A DNA stretch of 63,458 nucleotides, filler included, from Octopus bimaculoides (lineage: Eukaryota): assembly GCF_001194135.2 (NCBI RefSeq). It is 8 parts of 7 records of this genome, joined end to end, with 100 filler letters (N's around TTAATTAATTAA, not from the genome) between each part and the next. Parts side by side here need not be neighbours in the genome. Positions count along the whole stretch, not along the records: positions 1 to 8,479 come from NC_068981.1; positions 8,580 to 25,619 come from NC_068982.1; 6 more parts are not named here. One strand, given 5' to 3'. This document shows, in pieces, positions 1-12,336 of this stretch. The stretch's first letter is position 1, and the number at the start of each line of letters is the position of its first letter. The notes beneath the pieces were generated by a model. That model saw only the letters and a list, made by a program, of their open reading frames with translations, did not search any database and was not told the origin of the DNA. A program made the translations under genes and the position numbers.

Positions 1-427
1 TGAATATATTCTTAAGCCCACCATTTCGTCAATCGCACAAGCTTCCAAGCTTCACCACTAATTCAGTTCTCAACTAAATTGCAAACTGTTGACAGTTTTG
101 AAGAGGACACCTCCTCCTCAGCTACACCTTGGTATAAATAGTTTGAGATTTGGTTCAGTAGAAAGAAAGTTACATCAAAATATGTGGGCAGTAAGGCAGG
201 TATTCATCTTCAATTAACATAAATTTTTAAATTTTGAAATAAAGTATACTTTTCTTAGGCTTAAATGATAGAAAAATGCATGAAGAATTCAGAATCGTTA
301 GTCGCATTCAACAAAAATTAGTAGAAAAGGAGTTATGAGGTAAAATGTCATGAAATTTAAAGTGAGGAAGTGAGTAACGCTCCAGGCAATAAGAATATAT
401 TTCTAAAATGAATGTTTACATTCTAAG

Positions 428-545
428 TCGGTGAGCTGGTAAAAATGTTAACCCGCTGGACGTATTGCTTATTGGTATTTCCTCTGTCTTTTTGTTCAAA
501 TTCCGCTGAGGTCGACTTTGCCTTTTATTCATTTCAGACTTATTC
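428..545 (+). mobile_element. tRNA-derived SINE family A, 5' partial copy
   Basis: gtcggtgagctggtaaaaatgtta...gttcaaattccgctgaggtcgactttgcctttt matches the head and body of the fuller copies at 19010-19450. Confidence 0.75.
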
Positions 546-844
546 AATTTGACGTACAGATTATCTAAAAATTTTGTTTTAACTAAACACTTCGAAATTT
601 CCGATACTGGTAGAATGTGTCACATAGAACAGGGTTTACTCTTCATGTTTTTGACAAGATTTTGTATTTTAGAAGTTAATTCGTCAGAAGTTACAGAGTG
701 ACATTGGACAAATTCGTGTTTGATAAGCGCCAATACACGAAACTCTCAGCTTTTGACTTATTCTCTAACTTCTGCCGATGATATATATATGCATATTACA
801 TATATGTTTAAAAAAATTTCATCATGGAATCGAACCAATGAAAG

Positions 845-1023
845 AGCCTCTACCTGGTCGCTCGACACGCTAAAAATAGCAGCCAATGTATCCCCTTGCC
901 TAAATCACACGCCCATTGTACGTAATGTCCTAGATTATCCCTAAAAAGACGGTTTGCTGAAGTCTGGAATGTCTTTTATGATAGGTTTGCAGCATTAGGG
1001 TTGATTTGAGGCTAAATAACAAC
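845..1023 (+). mobile_element. SINE-like repeat family E with (CAA)n tail
   Basis: ggtcgctcgac...aatagcagcc...ggaatgtcttttatgataggtttgc...ggctaaataacaac; similar pieces at 20150-20240, 26330-26510 and 52290-52670. Confidence 0.55.
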
Positions 1024-1560
1024 ATTATGTCCAATTTCTATATTTTTTGCGTGGAATCAAGTACCCTGACCTCCTAATATGCTGCAAATCCCTTGTTCGG
1101 AAAAAATGGGGGGGGGGGCGATGGAGGAACCCCCCTCCCATCCCGGAATCATTGGAATTTTTTTCGTTGAATGAATTCCTGTGACCTCCTAATATTGCCA
1201 AATTAGGTTCCTTAAGGTGAGCCTAGTAACTGATGGCTTTGGGGTCTTGTTGTTTGCAACTTTTGGTGAGCCATGGTGCAACCAACAACATGGGAAAAAT
1301 CCCTGCCATTAATTTGGTGTGGATGGGTAATATCAAATAATTCAATCACAACATATATCTATATTAAACATGAACAAAATTTAAATATTAGCATCACTTA
1401 CATGGAAAAATTGAAATATTATCTTACAGTATTTTATATGGTAAAATCTTAAATTATTAATTGACACATTATTAATTATCTTATAACAGCAATGCCTGGA
1501 AAAATTATGGATTACATGGAAAAATGCGAGCTTGAAAAGTAATATTCTTAAGATTATAAA

Positions 1561-1618
1561 CCTGGAAAAGTACAGGACAAGTTATTACACCTGGAAAAGT
1601 ATAGGACAAGCTATTACT
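1561..1618. repeat. 29-bp tandem duplication
   Basis: cctggaaaagtacaggacaagttattaca / cctggaaaagtataggacaagctattact. Confidence 0.85.
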
Positions 1619-2438
1619 TCAAGTAAAGTAAAGAATAAGAAACTTTTTACTTAAAATATTGCAGCTAAAATTAAAATTTGAATATTACAAATTATTTTAT
1701 TATAGTTTACAAATAACAGTATACTTATTTAAGTAGAATTTGGCTAATTTACTACCTTAATTACAGAAAAAAGTGACTAATTAGACAAACTTACAAATTA
1801 GCTGAACAATTTTTGTACAATAAATTTAGAAGATGAGAACTGTAAAGAGNNNNNNNNNNNNNNNNNNNNNNNNNNNNNNNNNNNNNNNNNNNNNNNNNNN
1901 NNNNNNNNNNNNNNNNNNNNNNNNNNNNNNNNNNNNNNNNNNNNNNNNNNNNNNNNNNNNNNNNNNNNNNNNNNNNNNNNNNNNNNNNNNNNTATAGGAA
2001 CAAACGAAAGAAAGTAGTGATCAGATCAACACCTTTGATAAGAGTTACATTTATTTTCAATAACAATTTGACCCGAGACCACATCTTTACAAAACATGCT
2101 TGTTAACACACCCATGACTTCGACTTAAACAGCCGTATCTACACCCTGTTTTCTTTGAGAGGTAATAAAAATATGATTACAATCACGGTTTGATTTGAGC
2201 TGTTAAGAAGTTACTTTCGAATGAAATTGTTTGTATTTCTACTGCATTTGAAAATATTGAAATTGCAGGTCTCAGTAAAATAACTAAATTCGTTATATGT
2301 AGTATATATTAAGCTTGTTGTTGGAGTCTAACCTAAGGTTCTCATTAAATTCTTCAATTTTCTTTTTAAAAAATATGTCTATACTTGTTCTCTACTCATG
2401 TGCACGCACACACACACACACACACTCACACACACACA

Positions 2439-2486
<48 letters not shown>

Positions 2487-2715
2487 ATGCACACACACAT
2501 AATACACAGATATGCACACACATAAGTGTGTGAGCGTGTGTGCCTGTGCGTGAGTGTGTGTGTGTGTGTTGCACATACTAATAGGGAAGTAATTTAAATG
2601 TGAACATAAAAAAAATTTAGGACATACGTGATTAAAATTCGTTATCCACATCGCAAAATCAATGTGTAAGTGCAAACATTCTCACGCACACACAAGCACG
2701 CTAGCTTAGCATAAA

Positions 2716-2763
<48 letters not shown>

Positions 2764-3039
2764 CTACAAACACATACACACTGGAGGTACCAGCTGTGGA
2801 CATTAACTGTATAGAATCTACAATATGTATCGAATATATTTGCTAAAAACAAGCACATAAAAATAACTATATATAAAGAACTATACACAAAACAAGCTAC
2901 ATATACACAAAACTAAGGAGGGATGGGGTAGATTGAGACAATGAAAGATCTAAGAATGTACATAGACAGTCATGTAAGTGGTAACGGCAGGTATGCAGCG
3001 CCTGTGCGGCGGCTATGCGGTGGTATGGCGTATACTTAC

Positions 3040-3075
3040 TTCGCACTTTCCAGGTTTTATATGCTTCAAGGACGA
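3040..3075 (-). CDS. candidate 36-nt internal exon (VVLEAYKTWKVR in phase 1 or SSLKHIKPGKCE in phase 0), gene unknown
   Basis: minus strand ccccattag|tcgtcc...gtgcgaa|gtaagtat: consensus donor, moderate acceptor, frame-preserving length. Confidence 0.2.
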
Positions 3076-3099
3076 CTAATGGGGACACTTATTATTAAC

Positions 3100-3273
3100 T
3101 ATCAAATATCTTTTGCATTTTACTTTTTATCTTGCTTCATTCATTTAACTGCAGCCATGCTGGGAAACCGCGTTGAAGGGTTTTAGTCGAACAAATCGAC
3201 TCCAGGACTTTTTTAAAGCCTACTCCTTATTCTGCTGGTTTCTTTTTGCCAAAGCGGTGGTGGGGACAAAGAT

Positions 3274-3326
<53 letters not shown>

Positions 3327-3630
3327 GACACATACACAAAGACATACACACTCACACAAACATACACACACACACACAAAGACACATACACAAAGACATA
3401 CATACTCACACAAACATACACACACACACGCAAAGACATACATATGCACACATATATATGTGTATATACAATGGGCTTCTTTCAGTTTCCGTCTATCAAA
3501 TTCACTCCCAAGGGCTTTGGTCGACCCGAGGCTACACTAGAAGACACTTGGACAAAGTGTCACGCAGTGGGACTGAACCCGGAACTATGTGGCTGGGAAG
3601 CAAGTTTCTTACCACACAGTCACGTCCGCG
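3100..3630 (-). mobile_element. tRNA-derived SINE family B with internal (CA)n microsatellite
   Basis: 3' end cagtcattt(g)actgcagccatgctgg, body gaaactgaaagaagccc, head ggttcagtcccactgcg; bipartite layout shared by more than 10 copies in the window. Confidence 0.85.
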
Positions 3631-3680
3631 GCTATTAAGTTTTTAAAATTCCATATATTTTATGTGTGTGTGTGTGTGTA

Positions 3681-4211
3681 CAGGAAGCGTAACGTATTTG
3701 AGGACATACCTTTTTGGGGTCATTGCTGCATTTTTTCGCTAACTCTTTATAATCTTTGTTTCAGAAAATAATAATGACTGACCCTCACATCACTCAAGAA
3801 ATGAAGAGGCATGTTGTTATTGTGGTTATAAAGGCTGAGCATAGCGATTTAGAAGTATCTCGATTTTTAAAAGTTACCAGATCTTTCGTGTACAAAGTTT
3901 GCAAGGAGTTAGAGACTGAAGATGGAAGTGTGTCACCAGTATCAAAGCATAAAAAAGCCTTTCTAAACGCTCTGAAATCACCAAAACACTTGAATTTATA
4001 CAGCAAGTTCAAATTTATACAGCAAGTGTTGGGACCCATACCCATGGCTACATTCAATCTAATCTCATATTACCTTACAAATTCTTCAGCCTTCACAAAC
4101 TTGCCGAAAGCCATTTCCTACTCTAACTTCCAGTATTTCAAGCCGAATGTTGAGTCATACTTACTGTAAGTATACTAGTATAATAGTATGAATAATTTAT
4201 AATTATGTGTT

Positions 4212-4244
<33 letters not shown>

Positions 4245-5327
4245 CACAGGAATGGTGTGTGTGTGTAACACATTCCTGTAACACAGGAATTGATTGCTGA
4301 AAATTTTCATGATCACATAACCCCTAAAATTTGGCTTTCCTAATTCCCCAGATTTCAATCCATTGGTCTATTACATGTGGAGCGTTGTTGAGAGAAAGGT
4401 CAATGAACACACCCACAACACCAAAGATTCTTAGAACGCTGCCATTGTCAGAGTAATGTCCAAAATCAACCAGGTCCACTTGATTCGAGCATGTAGATGA
4501 TTAAGATCTCATAGAAGCAGCTGAAATTTAGATCTCATAGAATAATCAAGGCCATTGATTACAATCTCAGAAAGTTCCTGAGTTCAATTGCAAAAGGTCT
4601 CCATGTGTCAGAAGCAACAGTCAGAAATGTTGTCCACGAAGACAACAAACGAGAAAATATTCGACCAAGATCAAAAAGTTAACAGAAGAAATGACAGATG
4701 GTTATGTGCAGACCCTTCTGAAGTTCTAAGCGTTATACATACAAAATTTCCTGCAACTGTCATGGTCTTAGGGATTGTCAGCAATGAAGGTCATGTGATA
4801 CCTCCTTACTTCTTTCCACAAGGCCTTAGAGTTAACTCTGCCGCCTACATTGGGGTCTTGGAAACAATTGTTAAACCCTGGATAGAAAGTGTATGCAATG
4901 GAAGGCCATATGTGTTTCAGTAAGACTCTGCACTATCACACATGACTCTAGTTACACAGGAATGGATTGCTGAAAATTTTCATGATCACATAACCGCTAA
5001 CATTTGGCTTCCTAATTCTCCAGATTTCAATCCATTGGACTATTAGATGTCGAGCGTTGTTGAGAGAACACGCCAATAACACCAAAGATTCATTGAAAGC
5101 TGCCATAGTCAGAGTAATGTACAAAATGAACAAGGACCACTTGATTCGAGCATGTAGATGATTTAGATCTCATAGAAGCAGTTGTTGAAGCTGAAGGTGG
5201 CTTTATTGAATAACATAAAGGTTTATTTTTAATCTCAGAATTTTATGATAAATAAGGTCATTATCTATTATTACATATCTATTTTTTTATAGACATAAAT
5301 TTGTTCTCAAATATCTTACGCACCCTG
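3681..5327 (+). mobile_element. Tc1/mariner transposon of the DD37D (maT-like) group, decayed and internally rearranged
   Basis: TA at 3679-80 and 5328-29; imperfect TIRs caggaagcgtaacgtatttgagga / cagggtgcgtaagatatttgagaa; transposase pieces MKRHVVIVVIKAEHS..., DQKVNRRNDRWL...VMVLGIVSNEG..PPYFF, (Q)DSA..H, SPDFNPLDY, AVVEAEGGFIE with stops and frameshifts. Confidence 0.88.
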
Positions 5328-6379
5328 TANNNNNNNNNNNNNNNNNNNNNNNNNNNNNNNNNNNNNNNNNNNNNNNNNNNNNNNNNNNNNNNNNNNNNNN
5401 NNNNNNNNNNNNNNNNNNNNNNNNNNNNNNNNNNNNNNNNNNNNNNNNNNNNNNNNNNNNNNNNNNNNNNNNNNNNNNNNNNNNNNNNNNNNNNNNNNNN
5501 NNNNNNNNNNNNNNNNNNNNNNNNNNNNNNNNNNNNNNNNNNNNNNNNNNNNNNNNNNNNNNNNNNNNNNNNNNNNNNNNNNNNNNNNNNNNNNNNNNNN
5601 NNNNNNNNNNNNNNNNNNNNNNNNNNNNNNNNNNNNNNNNNNNNNNNNNNNNNNNNNNNNNNNNNNNNNNNNNNNNNNNNNNNNNNNNNNNNNNNNNNNN
5701 NNNNNNNNNNNNNNNNNNNNNNNNNNNNNNNNNNNNNNNNNNNNNNNNNNNNNNNNNNNNNNNNNNNNNNNNNNNNNNNNNNNNNNNNNNNNNNNNNNNN
5801 NNNNNNNNNNNNNNNNNNNNNNNNNNNNNNNNNNNNNNNNNNNNNNNNNNNNNNNNNNNNNNNNNNNNNNNNNNNNNNNNNNNNNNNNNNNNNNNNNNNN
5901 NNNNNNNNNNNNNNNNNNNNNNNNNNNNNNNNNNNNNNNNNNNNNNNNNNNNNNNNNNNNNNNNNNNNNNNNNNNNNNNNNNNNNNNNNAATAGGCCCAC
6001 TCATTTATATACATGTTAGTTATCAACTCAATCTCGATTATGACGTCATTTCAAAGATAACTTATGCGTGAGCATATTTCAAGTGCATAAGGCTCGCGAG
6101 GTACCAAATCCACTTTTTGAATGTTGCAAAGTTTACCAGTGTCATAAATACATGAGATAAATACATGAGACGACAGCATTTTCAAGTATCTTTTAGTTTT
6201 CCCATGCTCCATAGTACCCAGCATAATTGAGAGAATGTGTTTTCAAGTTGACAGTAAAGTTCTACTCCTTAACCACAGTACTTTGCCATGTTCCTATCGG
6301 TTGCCAAATGCCTTTAGAGCTACTACTACCCAGAGAAAAGCAGAATTTGTAGTAAGGGTTTATCTCCAAATTCCCTAGA

Positions 6380-6470
6380 TCCGCTGTGTTCAGTCAGAAA
6401 CAGGGCTACCTCGAGAAGGATGTGATCTTGGAAATTATGTACAGCAGTTCTTGCTGTGGAGACGTTAGGA
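6380..6470 (+). mobile_element. probable RTE-type LINE 3' remnant
   Basis: GYLEKDVILE resembles the C-terminal LEKDIMLG motif of RTE ORFs; very short. Confidence 0.3.
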
Positions 6471-6680
6471 GCCCTTTCTTCAAGTCACACATGACACCCC
6501 CGCCTCCCAACGTTCAGGTGGGGTTAAGTCTACCTAACCATCAGACTACTACTTATTTTATGAAGGATGAGAGGCAAAACTGACCACAGTGGAATTTGAT
6601 CGTAGTCGTGATCTTTGTTGCAGACTGCTCTACAAGTTTACTTCACTTCTTATGTTGCACTTGTAATATTTTTGTCATAA

Positions 6681-6790
6681 AGGCGGTGAGCTGGCAGAAA
6701 AGTTAGCACGCCGGGGAAAATGCTTAGTAGCATTTCGTCCGTCTTCACGTTCTGAGTACAAATTCTGCTGAGTTGATTTTGCAGACGTGG
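6681..6790 (+). mobile_element. SINE family A, 5' part
   Basis: ggcggtgagctggcagaaaagttagcacgccgggg...ctgagtacaaattc. Confidence 0.85.
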
Positions 6791-6841
6791 GCAACTACTA
6801 GTTTATCTCAGAACACTGTTGTCTAGGCGTACGCGTACGTA

Positions 6842-6872
<31 letters not shown>

Positions 6873-7059
6873 ATGCATACACACACACACATATATCTAT
6901 ACATATATAAGAGAGAGAGAGAGGCCATATGTGTGTGTGTGTGTGTATTATTTTTCTTTTATTCTTTTGCTGGTTTCAGCCAGAGGCTGGGGCCATGCTG
7001 GAGCACCACCTTTCAGTGTTTTGGGGTCTCCTTTCGGTGCTGTTTTTGGTGAACAAGCG

Positions 7060-7377
7060 AGCTGGAAGAAGCTGCACTTCGCTGCGCCTCTTACCACGAC
7101 GTAGGCTCATCTGGGATTTTAGACAGAAATTTGTCCAGGTGCTTTTTGAACGTTTCAACATCTGATCCTTGCAGATTTCTTAGGTTCGTTGTGGTCCCTG
7201 AAACTCAAACTGTTGCAATAATGGGTCTTTATCTGAAATGAAACAGACGGTATCTTTGGCATTATGCAATGCCATCCAGTGGTTGGTATAGCCTTTAATT
7301 CCAGAGTTGGGAGCGAGACCATCCAGGATCTTCCATATGTATATCACTGGATACCTTTCTCGCCTACTCTCCATGAG
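7060..7377 (-). mobile_element. CR1/L2-type LINE 3' fragment
   Basis: ESRRERYPVIYIWKILDGLAPN...QGPQ and IPDEPT (aaatcccagatgagcctacg), typical C-terminus of a CR1-group ORF2. Confidence 0.75.
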
Positions 7378-7999
7378 TTTGTGTGTGTGTGCGTGCGTGC
7401 GTGCGTGCTTGCGTACGTAGTGTGTGCTTGCGTGTGCGTGTGTGTGTGTGTGTGTGTGCATGTTTGTGTGGGTGGGTCTATGAGTGTATGTATTTGTGTG
7501 TGTGTGTGCGCGTGTGTGTGTGCGTGTGTGAGTGTGTGTGTGTGTGTGGGGGTGCTGATATCACGATCATGATATCGTGTTTTGAATGCTTGGACTGGTT
7601 GGTGCTTTGTGTTCTTCATCGCATGTCACTCTGCTATCACTTCGACACTTGACCTATATTGCAACGTGCATCTGTTCAGGTAATGTCGATTTGATTTATT
7701 TGATCACAATAAACAAATCTGCACAGGTTGTTCAACAAGAAATTGCAGAACTGTCTTTCTCGGACTACGAGAGACTACGACCATATGAATATACATATAT
7801 ATTTACATACATACATACATTACAATGTTTCACCAAAAAGGAGAATTATACTTGTCACAAAATGTGAGTAGGGTGTTAAAAAGCACCTACATTGCTATAA
7901 ATAAGAGCTAAAATGCTCTGATGCTGTAGTTAACGCACATGAATAAAAACATATACATTAACCGGGCCCATAATTGTCGGAAAAATGGCAACGAGAATT

Positions 8000-8049
8000 C
8001 TAAAGACTGATGTCAGTTTCGGCAATTTCCGTTGCCATCATCAGTCAAG
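8000..8049 (-). ncRNA. type I hammerhead ribozyme motif of the minimal Penelope-associated type
   Basis: minus strand cttga CTGATGA t ggcaa(cggaaa)ttgcc GAAA ctga(ca)tcag TC tttag: intact core, 5-bp stem II, near-palindromic stem III, GUC cleavage triplet ending at 8005; stem I weak (4/5 pairs). Confidence 0.6.
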
Positions 8050-8155
8050 CTAGCTCGGTGTTCGGCTTTATATATATACATGTGTGTGTGTGTGTGTGTG
8101 TGTACATGTATGTGTGTGTGTATACATAAGTGAGTGCATATATATATATATATCG

Positions 8156-8205
<50 letters not shown>

Positions 8206-8221
8206 TATTTATGTGTTTCAG

Positions 8222-8479
8222 CCAAGTGGCTGAGGTCCTCTGAAACCGAGGCTGCTGCAGTATCTCGTTCTTATGTGAGATGCAGTGGACGGTACCTTTG
8301 GCATCATGCAGTGGCGACTCGTGCAGGCATTCCTGTAGTACTTGATGCCAAAGTTTGGCACCAATCCTTCCAGTATTTTCCATATGTATATTATTACATA
8401 TCTCTCCCGCCTGCGCTCCAGGGAGTAGAGACCTAGTGCCTTCAGTCGCTCCCTGTAGTTCATCTGTTGGACTGTGGCG
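8222..8479 (-). mobile_element. CR1/L2-type LINE 3' fragment (second, diverged copy)
   Basis: NYRERLKALGLYSLERRRERYVIIYIWKILEGLVPNFGI...RTRYCSSLGFRGPQ. Confidence 0.85.
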
Positions 8480-8523
8480 NNNNNNNNNNNNNNNNNNNNN
8501 NNNNNNNNNNNNNNNNNNNNNNN

Positions 8524-8535
8524 TTAATTAATTAA
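8524..8535. other. assembly spacer TTAATTAATTAA (also at 25664, 31632, 50655, 54495, 56887, 62296)
   Basis: identical 12-mer embedded in about 44 N on each side, seven times; encodes stops in all six frames; artificial scaffold joint. Confidence 0.95.
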
Positions 8536-8637
8536 NNNNNNNNNNNNNNNNNNNNNNNNNNNNNNNNNNNNNNNNNNNNAAAAATATATATATATATATA
8601 CATATATATACATATATACATATATATACATATATAC

Positions 8638-8668
<31 letters not shown>

Positions 8669-8799
8669 CATATATATATACACATATATATATATGTACA
8701 TACATATTTGCACATATATATACATGTATATACACACATACACACACATATAGATACATACATAGATACATACATGCATGCATACAAGATATAATATAT

Positions 8800-8950
8800 A
8801 TTCTTCTTTTATTCTTTTATTTGTTTCAGTCTTGCTAGAGCACTGCCTTCAGTCGAGCAAATCGACCCTAGGACTTATTCTTTGTTACGGGGATGTAAAT
8901 ACCAGCATCGGTTGTCAAGCGATATTGGGGGGACAAACATAGACACACAA

Positions 8951-8999
<49 letters not shown>

Positions 9000-9164
9000 A
9001 ACGTCGGGCCTTTTTCAGTTTCCATCTACCAAATCCACTCACAAGGCTTTGGTCGGCCCAACGCTATAGTAGAACACACTTGCTCAAGGAGCCACGCATT
9101 GGGACTGAACCCAGAACCATGTAGTTGGTAAGCAAGCTACTTACCACACAGCCACTCCTGCGCT

Positions 9165-9170
<6 letters not shown>
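8800..9170 (-). mobile_element. SINE family B
   Basis: cttgtttcagtc...tcgaccctaggacttattc...gacacacaaacac...ggcctttttcagtttcc...ccacacagccactcctgcgc. Confidence 0.88.
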
Positions 9171-9203
<33 letters not shown>

Positions 9204-9989
9204 ATCTATATCTATCTCTCTATATATATGTATATGTGTGTATTATATCTTGATGGATGGGTAGGTAGGTAGGTAGGTAGGTAGGTAGGTAGGTAAATAT
9301 AAACACATGTTTAGGGAGGTAAACAGACAGGGAGGAAGATACATACTTACATGCGTATTATTGCATATTTTAAATATTTACTTTGCAACTGCTAGGATTA
9401 AATTTATTTTTCACATCTAATTGCTTTCAATAACGATAAAAATTCGTTGAGTTTACCCCTTCAGAGTTATTGAGTACATAAATATAAACTTGTCAGTTCT
9501 TGAATTTATAAGGAGTCAAGTTGTTTTAGGGAGAAAACGTCGTAAATTTAGAAGTCCTTAATGGAAGTTAGAACATTTAATTATGCATGTATGTATGTTA
9601 CAGACACACACACACACGCACAGAGGCAGACATGTGTATATAATATATATGCGTGCGTTTGTGCACATATATATGCCTATGCATATACAAGATATGTGTG
9701 CATATAAATGTACATGCATACACAATCACACGCACACATACACACATGCACATACATGGCAATATGTGTTTTTATATGCGCGAAAGCAACAAACATTAAC
9801 TGAATAAACCATTCATTACAAGTGTAGATCAGAAGGAATTTTATTGACAGTAACTTCGAAATTTCCATGGATGGCAGGTTGATTAACCGGACTACACCTG
9901 ATGAAATTGATCAACAAACGTTGTCGGTAATAATAATGAGGACAATAAGAATAACAATAAGCGTAAGAGCAACAGGCATAATGATAGAA

Positions 9990-10361
9990 GTTGTTGGCAC
10001 TCCGTCGCTTACGACGTCGAGGGTTCCAGTTGATCCGATCAACGGAACAGCCTGCTCGTGAAGTTAATGTGCAAGTGGCTGAGCACTCCACAGACACGTG
10101 TAGCCTTAACGTAGTTCTCGGGGATATTCAGCGTGACACAGTGTGACAAGGCTGGCCCTTTGAATTAATGGCATAACAGAAACAGGGAGAAAGTTGTGGT
10201 GGAAGAGTACAACAGGGTTCGCCAGCACCCGCTGCCGGAGCCGCGTGGAGCTTTAGGTGTTTTCGCTCAATAAACACTCACAACGCCCGGTCTGGGAATC
10301 GAAACCGTGATCCTACGACCACGAGTCCGCTGCCCTAACCACTGGGCAATTGAGCCTCCAC
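9990..10361 (-). mobile_element. tRNA-derived SINE family C, full length
   Basis: minus head gtggaggctcaattgcccagtggttagggcagcggactcgtggtcgtaggatcacggtttcgattccc (A and B boxes); (CAA)-like tail; second copy at 52676-53063. Confidence 0.9.
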
Positions 10362-10397
10362 AATCATAAAAGTAACAACAGCAAAAAATAACAATTA

Positions 10398-10430
<33 letters not shown>

Positions 10431-11227
10431 GGACCCGAATAAATGTCTGTTAAATAAACAGTACTTTGAGAAAAGTATAATGAATAGCTGCTCTGTTGTT
10501 ATAGATCATACAGATTACCATTGCATAGGGTGTTGCGCAACAGCTTTCTATCTTCGACATTAGTACCACATCTCATCACTTATATATAGGAATAAGGAAA
10601 GACTTCACTACGCAAAAATAATTAAGCAGATTTAAGATAACAAAGCATAGTATAATATAGAGTGGTGGATATTGAGCAGTGCACCAACTTACGACTTAGG
10701 GAAAACGAGATGTGAACTTTGCCTAGAAGAATTATTGTTAATACTTACATCACAGTATAATATCATGAATAAAAGACAGGAATTAATGATACGACGTAAA
10801 CATATTTACAACAAAACTTTTAGATTATTCCCTAGATAGTTAATAATTAATCATGTGAGTAATTGGATATTATAACACCCACAAACCATGGTCTAATGGA
10901 TTAGGAATAATGCATACTTAAGTAAAATAGCAACGGACATTTTTTAGTTACTCCTATCATAGAAATGCCCTTCCATATCTATCTTTTTTTCTTTTTTATG
11001 ATAAAAGGATTCCATTTATATTATTTTTTATTTTCCTATATTCATTCTCTTATTTTTCACATTTTATTTTCTGTTATTTTGTGTTGTCTTGGTTTTATGC
11101 TTATTTCATTTTATATTTTGTCTGGTTTTTGTTTTTACTTATACTTCTCACTTAATACCTGTGGAATTTACTACACCACCCTTTCAATGAATCATAGCTT
11201 AGCACACTATTTCAGCAATACCAATGA

Positions 11228-12336
11228 TCGTCATCCCATAAATAATGCGATTTTTCAATTGCATGAACTAAAAGTCGGAGTGGGGCGGGATGAACTACCT
11301 GTATCAACTTGCAAGCCAAAATTTTATCTTTTACTTATTCTTAGTGCAGGTTCTGAAGAGTTCAGTTCGATTTTAACAGTTATTTTTTTCGAAGCTATAA
11401 TGGAAGTGTCAAAGGAGCATTTTCGACATATTTTGTTTTATGAGTTCAATAAAGGCAACAGCGCAAAAGAAAGTGAGAGGAATATTAATGCAGTATATGG
11501 GGATCGGAAAATAAGCGTAAGCCAGTGTCAACGGTGGTTCCAGAAATTCAGAGCCGGAAACTACTGCATAGAAGAAGATGCACGTCCTGGAAGATCTGTA
11601 AAGCTCGATGAGGACGTCCCGCAAACCCTGGTAGAACAAAATCCCATCGTAACAGTTGAGGAACCAGCAGAGAAGCTTGGATTTGGTCAGTCGACCATTC
11701 ATCGCCACCTGCGTGTCATCGGAAAAGTCAGCAAATTGGGTCAATGGGTTCCTCAAAAACTTACCGAGTCTAATCGAGTGCAGAGAGTGAATGTGTGCTC
11801 TTCTTTGCTGTCACATCTCACGAATGAATCTTTTTTTGGACTGAATAGTGACTGATGACTAGAAATGGGTTCTCTATAAAAATGTCAAGCGCCGAAGACA
11901 GTGGTTAGGGAAAGGAGAAACACCGGCACCCCGGTCCAAAAAAGGTCTTCACCTACGTAATGTGTTGTTGTGTTTGGTGGGATATCAAAGGTTTAGTCCA
12001 CTCTGAATTTTTAGACCCAAACCAAACGATAACAAAGGAGATCTAATTGCAAGTAGCTTGAGCGGCTTAAGTCAGCGCTAGAAGAAAAACGACCGTCTTT
12101 GTTTTCAAGACGAAATATGCTCTTCCATCAGGATAATGTTCGGCCACATACAGCAAGGTTAACATTCCAAAGGATGGAACAGTTTGAATGGAAAACGATG
12201 CTCCACCCACCATATTCGCAGGACATTGCCCCATCTGATTATCATTTATCCTGCAGTCTTCAAAATCATTTGGATGGAAAAAATATGAATTCTGTAGACG
12301 AGGTCAGAGCAGCATTGGAGGAGTATTTTTCGTCCA
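11228..12336 (+). mobile_element. mariner (DD34D) transposase pseudogene, 3' truncated
   Basis: MEVSKEHFRHILFYEF...WFQKFRAG...RPGR...WVPQKL; HQDNVRPH and HPPYSQDIAPSDYHL motifs; frameshifts near 11840 and 12045; left TIR-like gtcatcccataaataatgcg; no right TIR. Confidence 0.92.

Noticed and set aside
1-150. Possible exon (FSTKLQTVDSFEEDTSSSATP on plus) or transposase fragment on minus
   Set aside because: Splice signals are weak, frames are interrupted, and context is cut off by the window start.
5279-6071. Long ORFs spanning N runs (also 27809-28851, 29709-30344, 45347-46117, 55069-55533, 57615-58276)
   Set aside because: Artefacts of translating through gaps and dinucleotide repeats.
9888-9930. 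CTGATGA followed by caaac-gtt-gtc as a hammerhead
   Set aside because: GAAA is replaced by CAAA and stem I does not pair; similarly 39335-39365 (minus) has only GAAAC-tgac-GTC, and 45154 and 61768 have CTGATGA without GAAA.
9990-10361. tRNA gene at the SINE C head (also the heads of families A and B)
   Set aside because: A and B boxes are present but there is no complete cloverleaf, and the sequence continues into a SINE body shared with another copy.
10965-11399. Hydrophobic N-terminal extension on the mariner ORF suggesting a SETMAR-like or membrane fusion protein
   Set aside because: It is T-rich flank plus the TIR and UTR read in frame; the transposase downstream is frameshifted and truncated.
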